In this document: positions 1 through 9,458 of the stretch, piece by piece | Numbering within the stretch: position 1 is the stretch's first letter | Layout: each line of letters starts with the position of its first letter | From: Deltaproteobacteria bacterium | Lineage (GTDB): Bacteria > CG2-30-53-67 | Direction: 5' to 3' | Length of the DNA stretch: 42,506 bases | NCBI GenBank assembly: GCA_013151235.1 | Contig: JAADIO010000042.1 | Span: forward strand, 1-42,506 | Notes under the pieces: model-generated | What the model saw: only the letters and a program-made list of their open reading frames with translations | Database searches by the model: none | What the model was told of the DNA's origin: nothing | Position numbers and translations under genes: made by a program

Positions 1-182
1 GAACGGTCCATTAAACTTTCCGAACCACATGCCCGGAAGCTCGCCGAACCACACAAACGGAATATCAATAACTTACACCGTTCGTCCTGAGTGGGCCTGT
101 GCTGAGTTTATCGAAGCATCGAAGGGCCTGTCCTGAGCCGGCCGAAGGGTCGAAAGGCTTCGTGATTTTTTACGACTTCATC
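1..182 (+). mobile_element. MITE-like element, copy A (left end cut by window start)
   Basis: Shares AACGGAATATCAATnACTTACACCGTTCG.CCTGAG...TCGAA.GGCTTCGTGA.TTTTTACGA...CATC with 22669-22800. Right TIR GATTTTTTACGACTTCATC ends at 182. Extra CCTGT(G/C)CTGAG..TCGAAG units are nested inside. Confidence 0.85.
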
Positions 183-243
183 AAGTATTTGCCTGAATCG
201 TGATTCTTGGAGCGGATCCAGCGGGAAACGGGCCGCTCGGTTT

Positions 244-2466
244 CTACTCTTCCTGGAGCATCGTCCGGATCTTCTCCGCCAGTGCTTCCGGTGTTAAAGG
301 CTTCAGGATCAGGTCCGTTTCGTGATTGTCTTTGTCGAGGGGAGGTTGTGCCGAGGAGTAGCCGGTCATGAAGAGGACCTTGATCCCGGGCTGTTTGTGT
401 TGGACTGCTTCTGCCAGTTCCTTTCCGCCCATGCCGGGCATGACCATGTCCGTGAGAAGGAGATCAATTTCCCCAATTTCTTCAATGTGCAGGAGCGCTT
501 CTCTTCCGCTGTCGGCGGTCACAATCCGGTATCCCAGCGGGGCGAGGGTAGCTTTCGTGAATTCCCGGATGATCTTCTCATCGTCAACGACCAGGATCGT
601 GCCCGCCCCTTTACGGGCCGTTTCATTTTCTTCCACCTCGTCGGCCGGTGATTCAATCTGCGTCCGGTAGGGGAAGAAATAAAGGGAAAAACGTGTTCCT
701 TTTCCGACTTCACTTTCTACAACAATATGCCCCTTGTGTTGTTTGACGATCCCATAGACCGTGGAGAGGCCGAGGCCGGTTCCCTGACCGACGCTTTTTG
801 TGGTAAAGAAAGGTTCGAAGATCCTTTCCTGGACTTCCGGAGTCATCCCTTCCCCGGTATCTTCTACCGTAACACGAACATAATTACCCGCTTTGATCTC
901 TCCCATGGCACGGGCCTCATGGGGGCTGACCTCCGTATAAGTCGTACGAATTTTGATCCATCCTCCTTTCGGCATGGCGTCCCGGGCGTTCACCGTCAGG
1001 TTCATTAGAATCTGTTCCATCTGGGTGGGGTCGGCCAGGATCGGAGGAAGATCCGGATCAAGCGCCAGTTCGATATGAACATGTTCTCCGAGCAGTCGTT
1101 TCAGCATTTTCGAGAGGTCCCGGAAGAGCTCATTGAGCTGAATCTGCTGCATCTCCAGGACCTGTTTCCTGCTGAAGGCGAGGAGCTGGTTGGTCAGGCT
1201 TGCCGCCCGTTCTCCCGTCTCCTTGATGATCTCCAGGTACTTTCGGACCGGGTGTTCTTCCGGCATATCCCGCAGGGCCAGGGTGGAAAAGCCGATCATG
1301 CCGGTGAGCATGTTATTGAAGTCATGGGCAACACCGCCGGCCAACTGTCCGATCGATTCGAGTTTCTGTGCCTGCCGGAGCTGTTCTTCCAGTTTAACCT
1401 GATCGATCTGCATCTGTTTCAGACTGGTGATTTCCGTGGAGATTGCACAGATCGTAGAGTGGTCATCTTCCCTGGAGGGCAGAAGAAACCGGACGGTGAG
1501 AAAAACATGTTCATTTTCTCCGACGAAAAACTGCTCTTCATGGTGTACTGGATTACCTGATCGGAGGACCTCCCGGTCGTGTTCGGTCAGCTCGTCGGCA
1601 ACTTCCCGTGAACAAAAATCGTAACAGCTCTTCCCGAGGATCTCACCGGTGGTTTTTCCGAAGAGGGTTTCGAACTGCCGGTTGGCCATGATGTAGGTAC
1701 CGTCGTGTTGTTTGAGGGTTACAATGGCGGGGGAGTTATCCATAATTGCCTGCATCTGTGCCTGGCTTTTTCGCAGGTGGTCCGTTGTGCGGGAAAGAGT
1801 TCCGAAGACATCCTGGAAGGTCCGTGCCAGCCTTCCGATTTCGTCGTTCCGGTCCTGGTAGGGAATGACCGTCCTGTTCTCTCTGGATCCGGTCTGGGCC
1901 GTAAGAGCGCTGCTCAGCCGGTCGATCGGATCCGTCGCGACGCGATGGATCAGCAGGAGGGTGAGCCCCATGAAGATCAGGGTCAGGATCGTGACAACCG
2001 TAATGATTTCGGTTATGTCCTGACGAATCAGGGCGTCGACGGTCTTGTAGGAGAACTGCAGATCGAGACGGCCGAGTCTGTTCCCTTCGTTTCCCAACAG
2101 AGGATAGGAGATCGTTTCAACGTTTGCGTGCGGGTCGTTTATGTTTATAGGGTAATGGACGATCCGCCTTCCTTCTTTTCCGTAGATCGTGATTCCCTGA
2201 ATGTCGGGATCATCTTTTGTCCGCGTCATTTTCCGGCTGACCCGGTAGAGCCCGGTAAAGTCGTTTGTTTCCAGCGCGTTCGCGATGGCCTCGGCGAGGA
2301 TTTCACCCTTTTCTTTTTGTTCATGGTGGAAAGCGGCATGGAAGATGATCTTCGCGTTACGGGAGTCGAAGTAAATGAGCAGGGAGGCAAAGATCAGAAA
2401 GGTCAGGGTAATCGTTCCGAGGAGCAGGGTTTTCAGTGATGGATCGAGCCAATGGTTCTTTTTCAT
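244..2466 (-). CDS. Membrane-bound hybrid sensor histidine kinase/response regulator (TM-periplasmic-TM-HAMP-PAS-HisKA-HATPase-REC)
   Basis: H-box LAGGVAHDFNNML, N-box EQILMNLTVNARDAM, G/F boxes DTGEGM, FEPFFTTK and GTGLGL, receiver VVDDE / LLLTDMVMPGMGG / LKP, HAMP RNDEIGRLARTF. Start placed at MKKNH (2466), which overlaps the upstream stop as ATGA. Confidence 0.93.
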   Translation of the reverse strand: MKKNHWLDPSLKTLLLGTITLTFLIFASLLIYFDSRNAKIIFHAAFHHEQKEKGEILAEAIANALETNDFTGLYRVSRKMTRTKDDPDIQGITIYGKEGRRIVHYPININDPHANVETISYPLLGNEGNRLGRLDLQFSYKTVDALIRQDITEIITVVTILTLIFMGLTLLLIHRVATDPIDRLSSALTAQTGSRENRTVIPYQDRNDEIGRLARTFQDVFGTLSRTTDHLRKSQAQMQAIMDNSPAIVTLKQHDGTYIMANRQFETLFGKTTGEILGKSCYDFCSREVADELTEHDREVLRSGNPVHHEEQFFVGENEHVFLTVRFLLPSREDDHSTICAISTEITSLKQMQIDQVKLEEQLRQAQKLESIGQLAGGVAHDFNNMLTGMIGFSTLALRDMPEEHPVRKYLEIIKETGERAASLTNQLLAFSRKQVLEMQQIQLNELFRDLSKMLKRLLGEHVHIELALDPDLPPILADPTQMEQILMNLTVNARDAMPKGGWIKIRTTYTEVSPHEARAMGEIKAGNYVRVTVEDTGEGMTPEVQERIFEPFFTTKSVGQGTGLGLSTVYGIVKQHKGHIVVESEVGKGTRFSLYFFPYRTQIESPADEVEENETARKGAGTILVVDDEKIIREFTKATLAPLGYRIVTADSGREALLHIEEIGEIDLLLTDMVMPGMGGKELAEAVQHKQPGIKVLFMTGYSSAQPPLDKDNHETDLILKPLTPEALAEKIRTMLQEE

Positions 2467-3167
2467 GGTCCTGTCCCGCCTGCGTTTGTACCGTGGTGGG
2501 AGGATCGTTCTCCGGTCAACTCTTTTTCTCCTTTGCAGAGAAAGATAATCCGTACTTTTCCGCTTTGCGGGGAATTCTTCAAGAGATCCGCTGTCACATA
2601 ACCGATGGCTGTCCTCTGGCTGGTCCAGTCTTGAACGATGCCGGAACAATACCGCATTTGCCATTTTCCGACCGAGAAGGCTCCATCGGGTTGGATCCCG
2701 ATGAGTGAATCGTCCGGAACGACTTCCGCACCGAGCGATCGGTGAATACTAACATTCAGGATTGGGTAATGTCGTTGATTATATAAGGAGAGCGGGCTGA
2801 GAAATTTCCCGGCGGTGATGTTGAGCTTTGGGGTATAGAGGTATCTGACCCAGACTGCCAGGACTTGGTTTTTGGTGTCGTCCATGGATTTTGCAGGATC
2901 GTACTTCCGATCCCGGAAGCAAAGCTCAGGAGTATCCTTCCGGTCCAGCTCGCTGTAAAGCCGCGTCTTTTGTTGGAGCGCATTCAGTACAAGACCCAAG
3001 TGGTGTGTGCGGGCGCTGAACTTGTTTTCCTTTGAGTTATCATGCGTTGCCCGGGAATCGACATAGGCATTCAGCCGGATATTATCCCCCGAGATTGCTG
3101 ATGCGGGGAACGGGATGAAAAACAGAATCAACCCGATAAAAAATGATAAAATCAAGCGAACTTTCAT
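2463..3167 (-). CDS. Secreted porin/outer-membrane beta-barrel-like protein, short and possibly truncated
   Basis: Signal peptide MKVRLILSFFIGLILFFIPFPASA; alternating beta-strand pattern and the porin-type motif LNITAGKFLSPLSLYNQRH. About 234 aa with no C-terminal aromatic residue. Confidence 0.5.
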   Translation of the reverse strand: MKVRLILSFFIGLILFFIPFPASAISGDNIRLNAYVDSRATHDNSKENKFSARTHHLGLVLNALQQKTRLYSELDRKDTPELCFRDRKYDPAKSMDDTKNQVLAVWVRYLYTPKLNITAGKFLSPLSLYNQRHYPILNVSIHRSLGAEVVPDDSLIGIQPDGAFSVGKWQMRYCSGIVQDWTSQRTAIGYVTADLLKNSPQSGKVRIIFLCKGEKELTGERSSHHGTNAGGTGP

Positions 3168-3546
3168 TGTCTCTCCTTGAATTGTGACGAAATCTTCCTC
3201 CATGGTGAACCTTTTGCATGAAAATATCGGTGATTGAATGAAAGGTCATTTTTTCTACATATTAGTGAAGAATTACGAAGGATGTCAAGGCATTTCGTGA
3301 CTGAGCGGGTTGCTTCTGCTTGCCCGAAGGACAAGGCGTGATAAGTTCGAGGTCGGAGAAGAATTTATAGCACATCGAAGGAATTGATTATCGTTGTTAT
3401 GCAGCCATCTGGGCAACGTAAAAAGATCGGAATCGCGGGAGTTTGCTTGTCATCTCCGGAATTTGTTGTATGATAGTTACCTATCCATGGTGCATCTTAT
3501 ACAAAACATCCCGAAAGGATTCCTGAGAAGCGGAAAGGCGGGAAGA

Positions 3547-4046
3547 GCCCATGATTTCAACAATCTTCTTACGGTAATCATGGGAAATGTCTCTTTGGCG
3601 AAAGTGAGTCGTCCTTCCGAAGCGAGTCCTGCCGAACGTCTCGCCGATGCCGTTGATTCCTGCCTGAAGGCCAAGGATCTGACGTCACGTCTGTTGACCT
3701 TTTCCCGGAGTGGAAAGCCCGCCCGGCAGCGGCTTGGCTATGAGCTGACGACCGTTGGGGACGAAACGGAAGCCCTGGACCGTTATCGGAAAGCGGCCGA
3801 TCGGAAACGTCCTTTTGCGGCGGTCATTCTTGATCTGACTATTCCGGGCGGCAAGGGGGCGCAATGGACCCTGCCGTCAAGGCGGTCCTCGCCAGCGGTT
3901 ACGTCAATGAACTCTTCCTGGAAGACTATCAAAATGAAGGGTTCTGCGGTCTCCTCACCAAACCCTATCAGGTTACTGAATTGAAGGAGCTGCTGGACCG
4001 GCTTCTCTCCCGGGACCCTGAGGGATTACGGGGAGCCGGGATCTGA
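3547..4046 (+). pseudogene. Degraded hybrid histidine kinase remnant (HisKA fragment plus frameshifted receiver)
   Basis: AHDFNNLLTVIMGNVSLA...LTSRLLTFSR runs directly into a partial receiver (GYELTT...VILDLTIPGGKG). The receiver continues in another frame as DPAVKAVLASGY...LLTKPY (3864-4046). No HATPase or sensor domain. Confidence 0.8.
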
Positions 4047-4090
4047 TCACGAAAGGCGGAATCCGTCAGTACGGATGAAAGGAGGAAAGA

Positions 4091-5128
4091 ATGAAACGAA
4101 TCTTGACCGTGGTCCTGCTTCTGCTGTTGACTTGTTCCGTTCCGGGATGGGGATCGGATAACCTGATGAAAAGGGCGCAAACCCTCTTCAAACCAATCCC
4201 GACCACCGTTCCGGTTTTGAAGAAAAATCCTATTACGCCGGAGAAGGTGAAGTTAGGCAGGATTCTCTATTTTGATCCCCGTCTCTCATCAAGTGCCCTG
4301 ATCAGTTGCAACACCTGCCACAATCTCGGTATGGGCGGGATCGACTTTCAGGAGACCTCGGTCGGGCATGGTTGGCGGAAGGGGCCGAGAAATGCCCCGA
4401 CGGTATTCAATGCTGTTTTTAATATCGCCCAGTTCTGGGACGGCCGGGCGCCGGACCTGAAAGAACAGGCCAAGGGGCCGGTGCAGGCATCGGTCGAGAT
4501 GAACAGCACGCCTGAACGGGTGATCTCCGTTCTGAAAAGCATGCCGGAATACGTGGATCTCTTTCAGCAGGCCTTTCCCGGGAAGCCCGGCCCCGTGACC
4601 TTTGATAACATGGCCCGGGCCATTGAGACCTTTGAGGCGACCCTGCTGACCCCGGACTCCCCTTTTGACCAGTACCTGAAGGGTAATTCCCATGCCCTGG
4701 ATATCGGGGAGAAAGAGGGATTGCAACTCTTCATCGACCGGGGGTGCAGCGGCTGCCACAACGGGATGAATATCGGCGGTTCCGCCTATTTTCCCTTCGG
4801 CGTGGTGGAAAAGCCTGATGCAGACCTCATGGCCGGCGACGAAGGTCGTCTCAAGGTGACCGGTATCAAGTCCGATGCCCATGTCTTCAAGGTTCCCTCC
4901 CTCCGAAATGTTGTCCTGACGCCGCCTTACTTCCATTCCGGAAAGGTCTGGAGTCTGAAGGACGCGGTCAGGATTATGGCAACGGCCCAGCTCGGCCTTT
5001 CCCTGACCGATGAGGAGGTGGGAAAAATCGTCCGGTTCCTCAAGGCCACCACCGGGGCCCAACCCCGGGTGGAGTATCCTGTCCTGCCTGCGGTGACGGA
5101 CAAAACACCCAGGCCGAAGATCGATTGA
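4091..5128 (+). CDS. ccpA: Di-heme cytochrome c peroxidase (CcpA/MauG family)
   Basis: Signal peptide; CNTCH and CSGCH heme motifs; LYFDPRLS, RNAPTVFNA, QFWDGRA and FKVPSLRNVVLTPPYFHSG; RBS AAGGAGG. Confidence 0.93.
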   Translation: MKRILTVVLLLLLTCSVPGWGSDNLMKRAQTLFKPIPTTVPVLKKNPITPEKVKLGRILYFDPRLSSSALISCNTCHNLGMGGIDFQETSVGHGWRKGPRNAPTVFNAVFNIAQFWDGRAPDLKEQAKGPVQASVEMNSTPERVISVLKSMPEYVDLFQQAFPGKPGPVTFDNMARAIETFEATLLTPDSPFDQYLKGNSHALDIGEKEGLQLFIDRGCSGCHNGMNIGGSAYFPFGVVEKPDADLMAGDEGRLKVTGIKSDAHVFKVPSLRNVVLTPPYFHSGKVWSLKDAVRIMATAQLGLSLTDEEVGKIVRFLKATTGAQPRVEYPVLPAVTDKTPRPKID

Positions 5129-5199
5129 TCCGTTTTTGTCCCGGGGGATTTCAGGCTTCCGCTTTTCATGATATTCTCCTGTTTTGACATGAAAGCGGC

Positions 5200-5229
5200 T
5201 TGACAACGGGGGGCGGCTCCTGTTAATTT
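5200..5229 (+). promoter_or_regulatory. Putative sigma70 promoter for the DHS-like gene
   Basis: TTGACA-18 bp-TAATTT with a TG extension, 27 bp upstream of the ATG. An inverted repeat CCGCTTTTCATG...CATGAAAGCGG (about 5159-5198) lies just upstream. Confidence 0.5.
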
Positions 5230-5256
5230 TCCACAGAATTTTATCGGGAGAATTTT

Positions 5257-6366
5257 ATGTCTGAGGAGCAAAATCCGTATCTTTCAGGCCGCCCCATTGC
5301 ACCGGACGGGATCGACGGATCGGAAACCGTTGCCGATCTCGTAGACCGAACCTTTCTGGCCTACAATGCAGGACGTCTCCGGGAGGCCTGCCGTCTTTTG
5401 AACGAAAAGATCCTGGCCGATGATGTCACGGTCGGTTTGAGCCTTTCCGGGGCGCTGACGCCGGCCGGGCTGGGGCGCTCCTGCATCATCCCCTGGATCG
5501 AGATGGGCTTTGTCGACTGGATCGTCTCTACCGGAGCGAACCTGTATCACGATACCCACTTCGGGATCGGTCTCGATCTGCACCGGGGAACGCCTTTCGT
5601 TGATGATACACGTCTCCGGGAAAAGGAGGTCGTCCGGATTTACGACATCCTCTTCTCTTTCGACGTACTCCTGCGGACGGACAAGTTTTTCTACGAAATC
5701 CTCTCCCTTCCTGAATTCCAGAAGGAGATGGGCACGGCGGAACTTCACTACCTGATCGGGAAATATGTCTCCGAGCGGGAGCGGGCACTCGGTCTCGGCA
5801 CGGTGAGTCTTCTTTCGGCGGCCTATCAGCAGGGGGTCCCCGTTTTCACCTCCTCGCCGGGGGACTCCTCCATCGGGATGAACATCGCCGCCCTCAACAT
5901 GAAGGGGATCGGTCCGAGGATCGATTCCTCCCTGGATGTGAACGAGACGACGGCCATCATCTATCATGCCAAGAAGACCGGCCTCAAAAATGGGCTGGTG
6001 ATGATGGGGGGCGGATCCCCGAAGAACTTCGTGTTGCAGACGGAGCCGCAGATTCAGGAGATCTTCGGGCTTCAGGAATCCGGTCACGACTACTTCCTGC
6101 AGGTGACCGATGCGCGTCCCGATACGGGGGGGCTCTCCGGCGCCACCCCTTCCGAGGCGGTCTCCTGGGGCAAGGTTGATCCCGACCGGCTTCCCGATTC
6201 GGTCGTAGCCTATCTCGATACGACCGTTGCCCTTCCGATTCTGACCGCCTATGTCCATGCCCGTCATGAAAAGAGGTCCTTCCGGCGTCTCTATGACCGG
6301 CGGGAGGAGATGCTTGCCTACCTCAAAAAGGATCTGCCGGAGAAGTTCCAGTCCCAGCTGTATTGA
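5257..6366 (+). CDS. speY: Deoxyhypusine synthase-like protein, probable homospermidine synthase (SpeY type)
   Basis: DHS motifs [34 protein letters not shown] and [16 protein letters not shown], with the catalytic Lys retained. Confidence 0.8.
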   Translation: MSEEQNPYLSGRPIAPDGIDGSETVADLVDRTFLAYNAGRLREACRLLNEKILADDVTVGLSLSGALTPAGLGRSCIIPWIEMGFVDWIVSTGANLYHDTHFGIGLDLHRGTPFVDDTRLREKEVVRIYDILFSFDVLLRTDKFFYEILSLPEFQKEMGTAELHYLIGKYVSERERALGLGTVSLLSAAYQQGVPVFTSSPGDSSIGMNIAALNMKGIGPRIDSSLDVNETTAIIYHAKKTGLKNGLVMMGGGSPKNFVLQTEPQIQEIFGLQESGHDYFLQVTDARPDTGGLSGATPSEAVSWGKVDPDRLPDSVVAYLDTTVALPILTAYVHARHEKRSFRRLYDRREEMLAYLKKDLPEKFQSQLY

Positions 6367-6427
6367 GGTCTCCGGGGAAACGGGAAAGAGGCAAAGTCAA
6401 AGGAGAAAAGTAATGACCATGGTGGAA

Positions 6428-6463
6428 GCACACCCTTCCGGCGGGTGAGCCGGAAGGATGTGC
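6428..6463. terminator. Strong hairpin between convergent speY-like and acs genes
   Basis: GCACA-c-CCTTCCGGC / GCCGGAAGG-a-TGTGC stem with a 6-nt loop, followed by GGTTTTC on the + strand. Confidence 0.55.
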
Positions 6464-6479
6464 GGTTTTCGGAGAGGGA

Positions 6480-8444
6480 TCAGTCCGCCATGGCCTTCCG
6501 GTCTGCAATCAGGGTCTTGAGTACGTTCGGATCGGCCAGGGTGGAGGTATCGCCCAACTGGTCGATTTCGAGGCTTGCGATCTTCCTGAGGATGCGCCGC
6601 ATGATTTTTCCGCTTCTTGTCTTCGGAAGGGCCGGGGCCCAGTGAATCACATCGGGTGTGGCGATGGGGCCGATCTCCTTCCGGACCAGTTGCACCAATT
6701 CCTTCTTCAATTCTTCCGTCGGTTTCTCACCGTCATTCAGCGTCACATAGGCATAGATCCCCTGTCCCTTGATGTCATGGGGAAAGCCGACGACGGCCGC
6801 TTCAGCGACAACCCGGTGGAGTACCAGGGCCGATTCAACCTCGGCAGTGCCGATCCGATGACCGGAGACGTTGATGACATCGTCCACCCGTCCGGTGATC
6901 CAGTAGTCGCCATCGGCATCTCTTCGGGCACCGTCACCGGTCAGATAGTAGCCGGGATAGGCGGCAAAATAGGTGTCAAAGAAACGCTGCTGATCCCCGA
7001 AAACCCCCCGCATCATTCCGGGCCAGGGCTGTTTGATTGCGAGCAGACCGCTTGCTTCCCCTTCTAATTCGTTCCCTTCCTGATCGAGAATCACAGGTGC
7101 GACGCCGAAGAAGGGACGGTTCGCCGATCCCGGTTTCAGCTCCATTGCGCCGGGGAGGGGGGTGATGAGAATCCCTCCGGTTTCGGTCTGCCACCAGGTG
7201 TCGACGATGGGGCATCTCCCTTTGCCGACCTTGTCGTGGTACCAGAGCCATGCCTCCGGATTGATCGGTTCTCCGACCGTACCGAGCAGCCTGAGACTGG
7301 TCAGCTTGTTGTTCTCAAGATGTTTTTCTCCCTGCCGGATAATGGCCCGGATGGCCGTTGGAGCGGTATAGAAGATCGAGACCCGGTAACGGTCGACGAC
7401 ATCCCAGAATCGGCTCCAGGTTGGATAGTTCGGCACACTTTCAAAGACGATGGAGGTTGCCCCGTTGGCGAGCGGACCGTAGACGATATAACTGTGCCCT
7501 GTGATCCAGCCGATATCGGCGGTACACCAGTAGATGTCTTCTTCCCTCAGGTCGAAGATTATTTCATGGCTGTAACTGGTATAGACGAGATAGCCGCCGG
7601 TGGTATGCATGACCCCTTTCGGCTTGCCCGTGGATCCGGAGGTGTAGAGAATGAAGAGCGGATCTTCGGCGTCCATCTCTTCCGGCGGGCAATCGTCGGA
7701 GATGTCCTGTGCAGCGATTTCCTCTTCCCACCAGAGGTCCCGGCCTTCCTTCATCTCGGCGGAATGTTTTCCGGAGCGGTTGACGACGATGCAGGTGCGG
7801 ATCCCGTCGCACCGGGCCATGGCGGTGTCGGTATTTTTCTTCAGCGGGATCACCTTGGTGCCGCGATATCCTACATCGGAGGTGATCATCATGACGGCGC
7901 CGCAATCGATGACACGGTCCCGGATGGCGTCGGGGCTGAAGCCTCCGAAGATCACGCTGTGGATCGCACCGATTCGGGCGCAGGCGAGCATTGCCACGGC
8001 CAGTTCCGGAATCATCGGAAGGTAGATCGTGACGCGGTCCCCCTTGCGGATGCCCCGTTTTTTCAGGACGTTGGCGAAGCGGCAGACCTCGCGGTGCAGT
8101 TCGGTATAGGTGATTTTACGGGTCTGTGACGGATCGTCTCCTTCCCAGATCAGGGCGACCTTGTCTTTCCGGGGCCCCTTGAGGTGACGATCAAGGCAGT
8201 TGTAACTGACGTTGAGTTTGCCGCCGGTAAAAAAACCTATTTTTGCATTTACGAAATCGGAGTCGGTGACCTTGTCCCATTTTCGGAACCAGTCGAGACG
8301 TTCCGCTACCTTTCCCCAGAAACCGTCGGGATTCCGGATCGATTCTTCATACATCATTTCGTATTGTTGAGCATTGACGTGAGCTTTTGAGGCAAAGGCC
8401 TCGGGTACCGGGAATCTGTTTCTCGCAGCGGTGACATCACTCAT
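6480..8444 (-). CDS. acs: Acetyl-CoA synthetase (AMP-forming)
   Basis: [47 protein letters not shown] and the acetylation-site motif [11 protein letters not shown]. Start placed at MSDVT after the RBS AAGGAGAG. Confidence 0.97.
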   Translation of the reverse strand: MSDVTAARNRFPVPEAFASKAHVNAQQYEMMYEESIRNPDGFWGKVAERLDWFRKWDKVTDSDFVNAKIGFFTGGKLNVSYNCLDRHLKGPRKDKVALIWEGDDPSQTRKITYTELHREVCRFANVLKKRGIRKGDRVTIYLPMIPELAVAMLACARIGAIHSVIFGGFSPDAIRDRVIDCGAVMMITSDVGYRGTKVIPLKKNTDTAMARCDGIRTCIVVNRSGKHSAEMKEGRDLWWEEEIAAQDISDDCPPEEMDAEDPLFILYTSGSTGKPKGVMHTTGGYLVYTSYSHEIIFDLREEDIYWCTADIGWITGHSYIVYGPLANGATSIVFESVPNYPTWSRFWDVVDRYRVSIFYTAPTAIRAIIRQGEKHLENNKLTSLRLLGTVGEPINPEAWLWYHDKVGKGRCPIVDTWWQTETGGILITPLPGAMELKPGSANRPFFGVAPVILDQEGNELEGEASGLLAIKQPWPGMMRGVFGDQQRFFDTYFAAYPGYYLTGDGARRDADGDYWITGRVDDVINVSGHRIGTAEVESALVLHRVVAEAAVVGFPHDIKGQGIYAYVTLNDGEKPTEELKKELVQLVRKEIGPIATPDVIHWAPALPKTRSGKIMRRILRKIASLEIDQLGDTSTLADPNVLKTLIADRKAMAD

Positions 8445-8624
8445 AGCGGCTCTCTCCTTTCTCCTTTTCTTCGCTCTCCTTTGCGGAGAGGGAAAAAGAT
8501 AAAAGCATTCCGGGGGTCCGGATTTCAACGATGGATCGATTGGGAAAGCAGGGAAACAGTCATGCTCCCTTTATCCATTATAGCGATTTTTGCGGTGGGA
8601 TAAAGAAGTTTTTTCCGGAGGTTT

Positions 8625-9059
8625 TCAGGGTGTGGATCCTTCCTGAAAAACACTGCCCTGCCCAGGATAGAGAGCGTCCGAGGCTTTTCGGATCACAGCC
8701 TTCAAATCATTCATCTTGATTGGTTTGTTGATATACTCAAATGCGCCGGCGCCCATAGCGTCCAGATAGGTTTGGACATCGCCGAAAGCCGTAATCAGAA
8801 TCAACTGGGTATGGGGTGAGATCTTCCTCGCTTCCCGGATCAGTTCAATGCCGCTCATTCCCGGCATTCGAAAATCACTGATGACCAGGTCAAAAGGGCA
8901 CTCCTGCAGAAGGATCAACCCGGCGGTTGCGTTTTCGGCTACTTTCACATGGTAATCCTCTCGGTCCAGTACTTTCTTGATGAGACGTCCCATCTCCTCA
9001 TCGTCATCGACGATCAGAATGGTCAAACGACCTTTTTCCCTTGCTTTCTGCGGCTTCAT
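8625..9059 (-). CDS. Single-domain response regulator (receiver only)
   Basis: ILIVDDDE, phospho-Asp in LVISDFRMPGMSG, ITAFG and YINKP; no output domain. Confidence 0.9.
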   Translation of the reverse strand: MKPQKAREKGRLTILIVDDDEEMGRLIKKVLDREDYHVKVAENATAGLILLQECPFDLVISDFRMPGMSGIELIREARKISPHTQLILITAFGDVQTYLDAMGAGAFEYINKPIKMNDLKAVIRKASDALYPGQGSVFQEGSTP

Positions 9060-9130
9060 CCGTTGTCACGTCCTGCATTGGATGTTCCAAATAAAGATGT
9101 TCCCGGTCTTCCGCTGTAACTGTTTTTAAA

Positions 9131-9146
9131 TGCAAGTATTGTGCCG
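9131..9146 (-). promoter_or_regulatory. Sigma54 (-24/-12) promoter for the receiver gene
   Basis: The minus strand reads CGGCAC-AATAC-TTGCA, giving exact GG-N10-GC spacing, 72 bp upstream of the ATG. Confidence 0.7.
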
Positions 9147-9458
9147 AAAGGGATGTGCCGGTTGAGAGCTCTAACCGGTTGTTTTGGCTGACTTCATCCC
9201 TGTGTATGGGGAAATGCTTGCCGGACGGGTCCTGCGAGATGAGACATTTTGAGACGGTTCTCCCGAGTTGATCTGAAATCTTTTAAGATTCAAGAGGTTA
9301 ACCAAGGGTAGGAAACGTTGGGGCTGGGGTGAAATGGGACTGAAGAGAAGCGGTATTGTAGATATTGCGGGTCTAGGCCGAAGAAGATTTTCCCCTGTCC
9401 GGTTTGGCGGAAAGTTTTCGGGACGGCTGCCGGACCCTGTTCTTCTGCAGGGGCGGTC

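Noticed and set aside
2467-2664. N-terminal extensions in the ORF track (kinase from 2664; also acs 8528, cytochrome 10658, folD 24909, korC 37281)
   Set aside because: They overlap neighbouring genes or intergenic signals; downstream ATGs have better RBSs and match family N-termini.
6446-6448. Selenocysteine read-through at the TGA of the mini-ORF
   Set aside because: The TGA lies inside the hairpin loop rather than upstream of a SECIS-like stem, and read-through would run antisense into acs.
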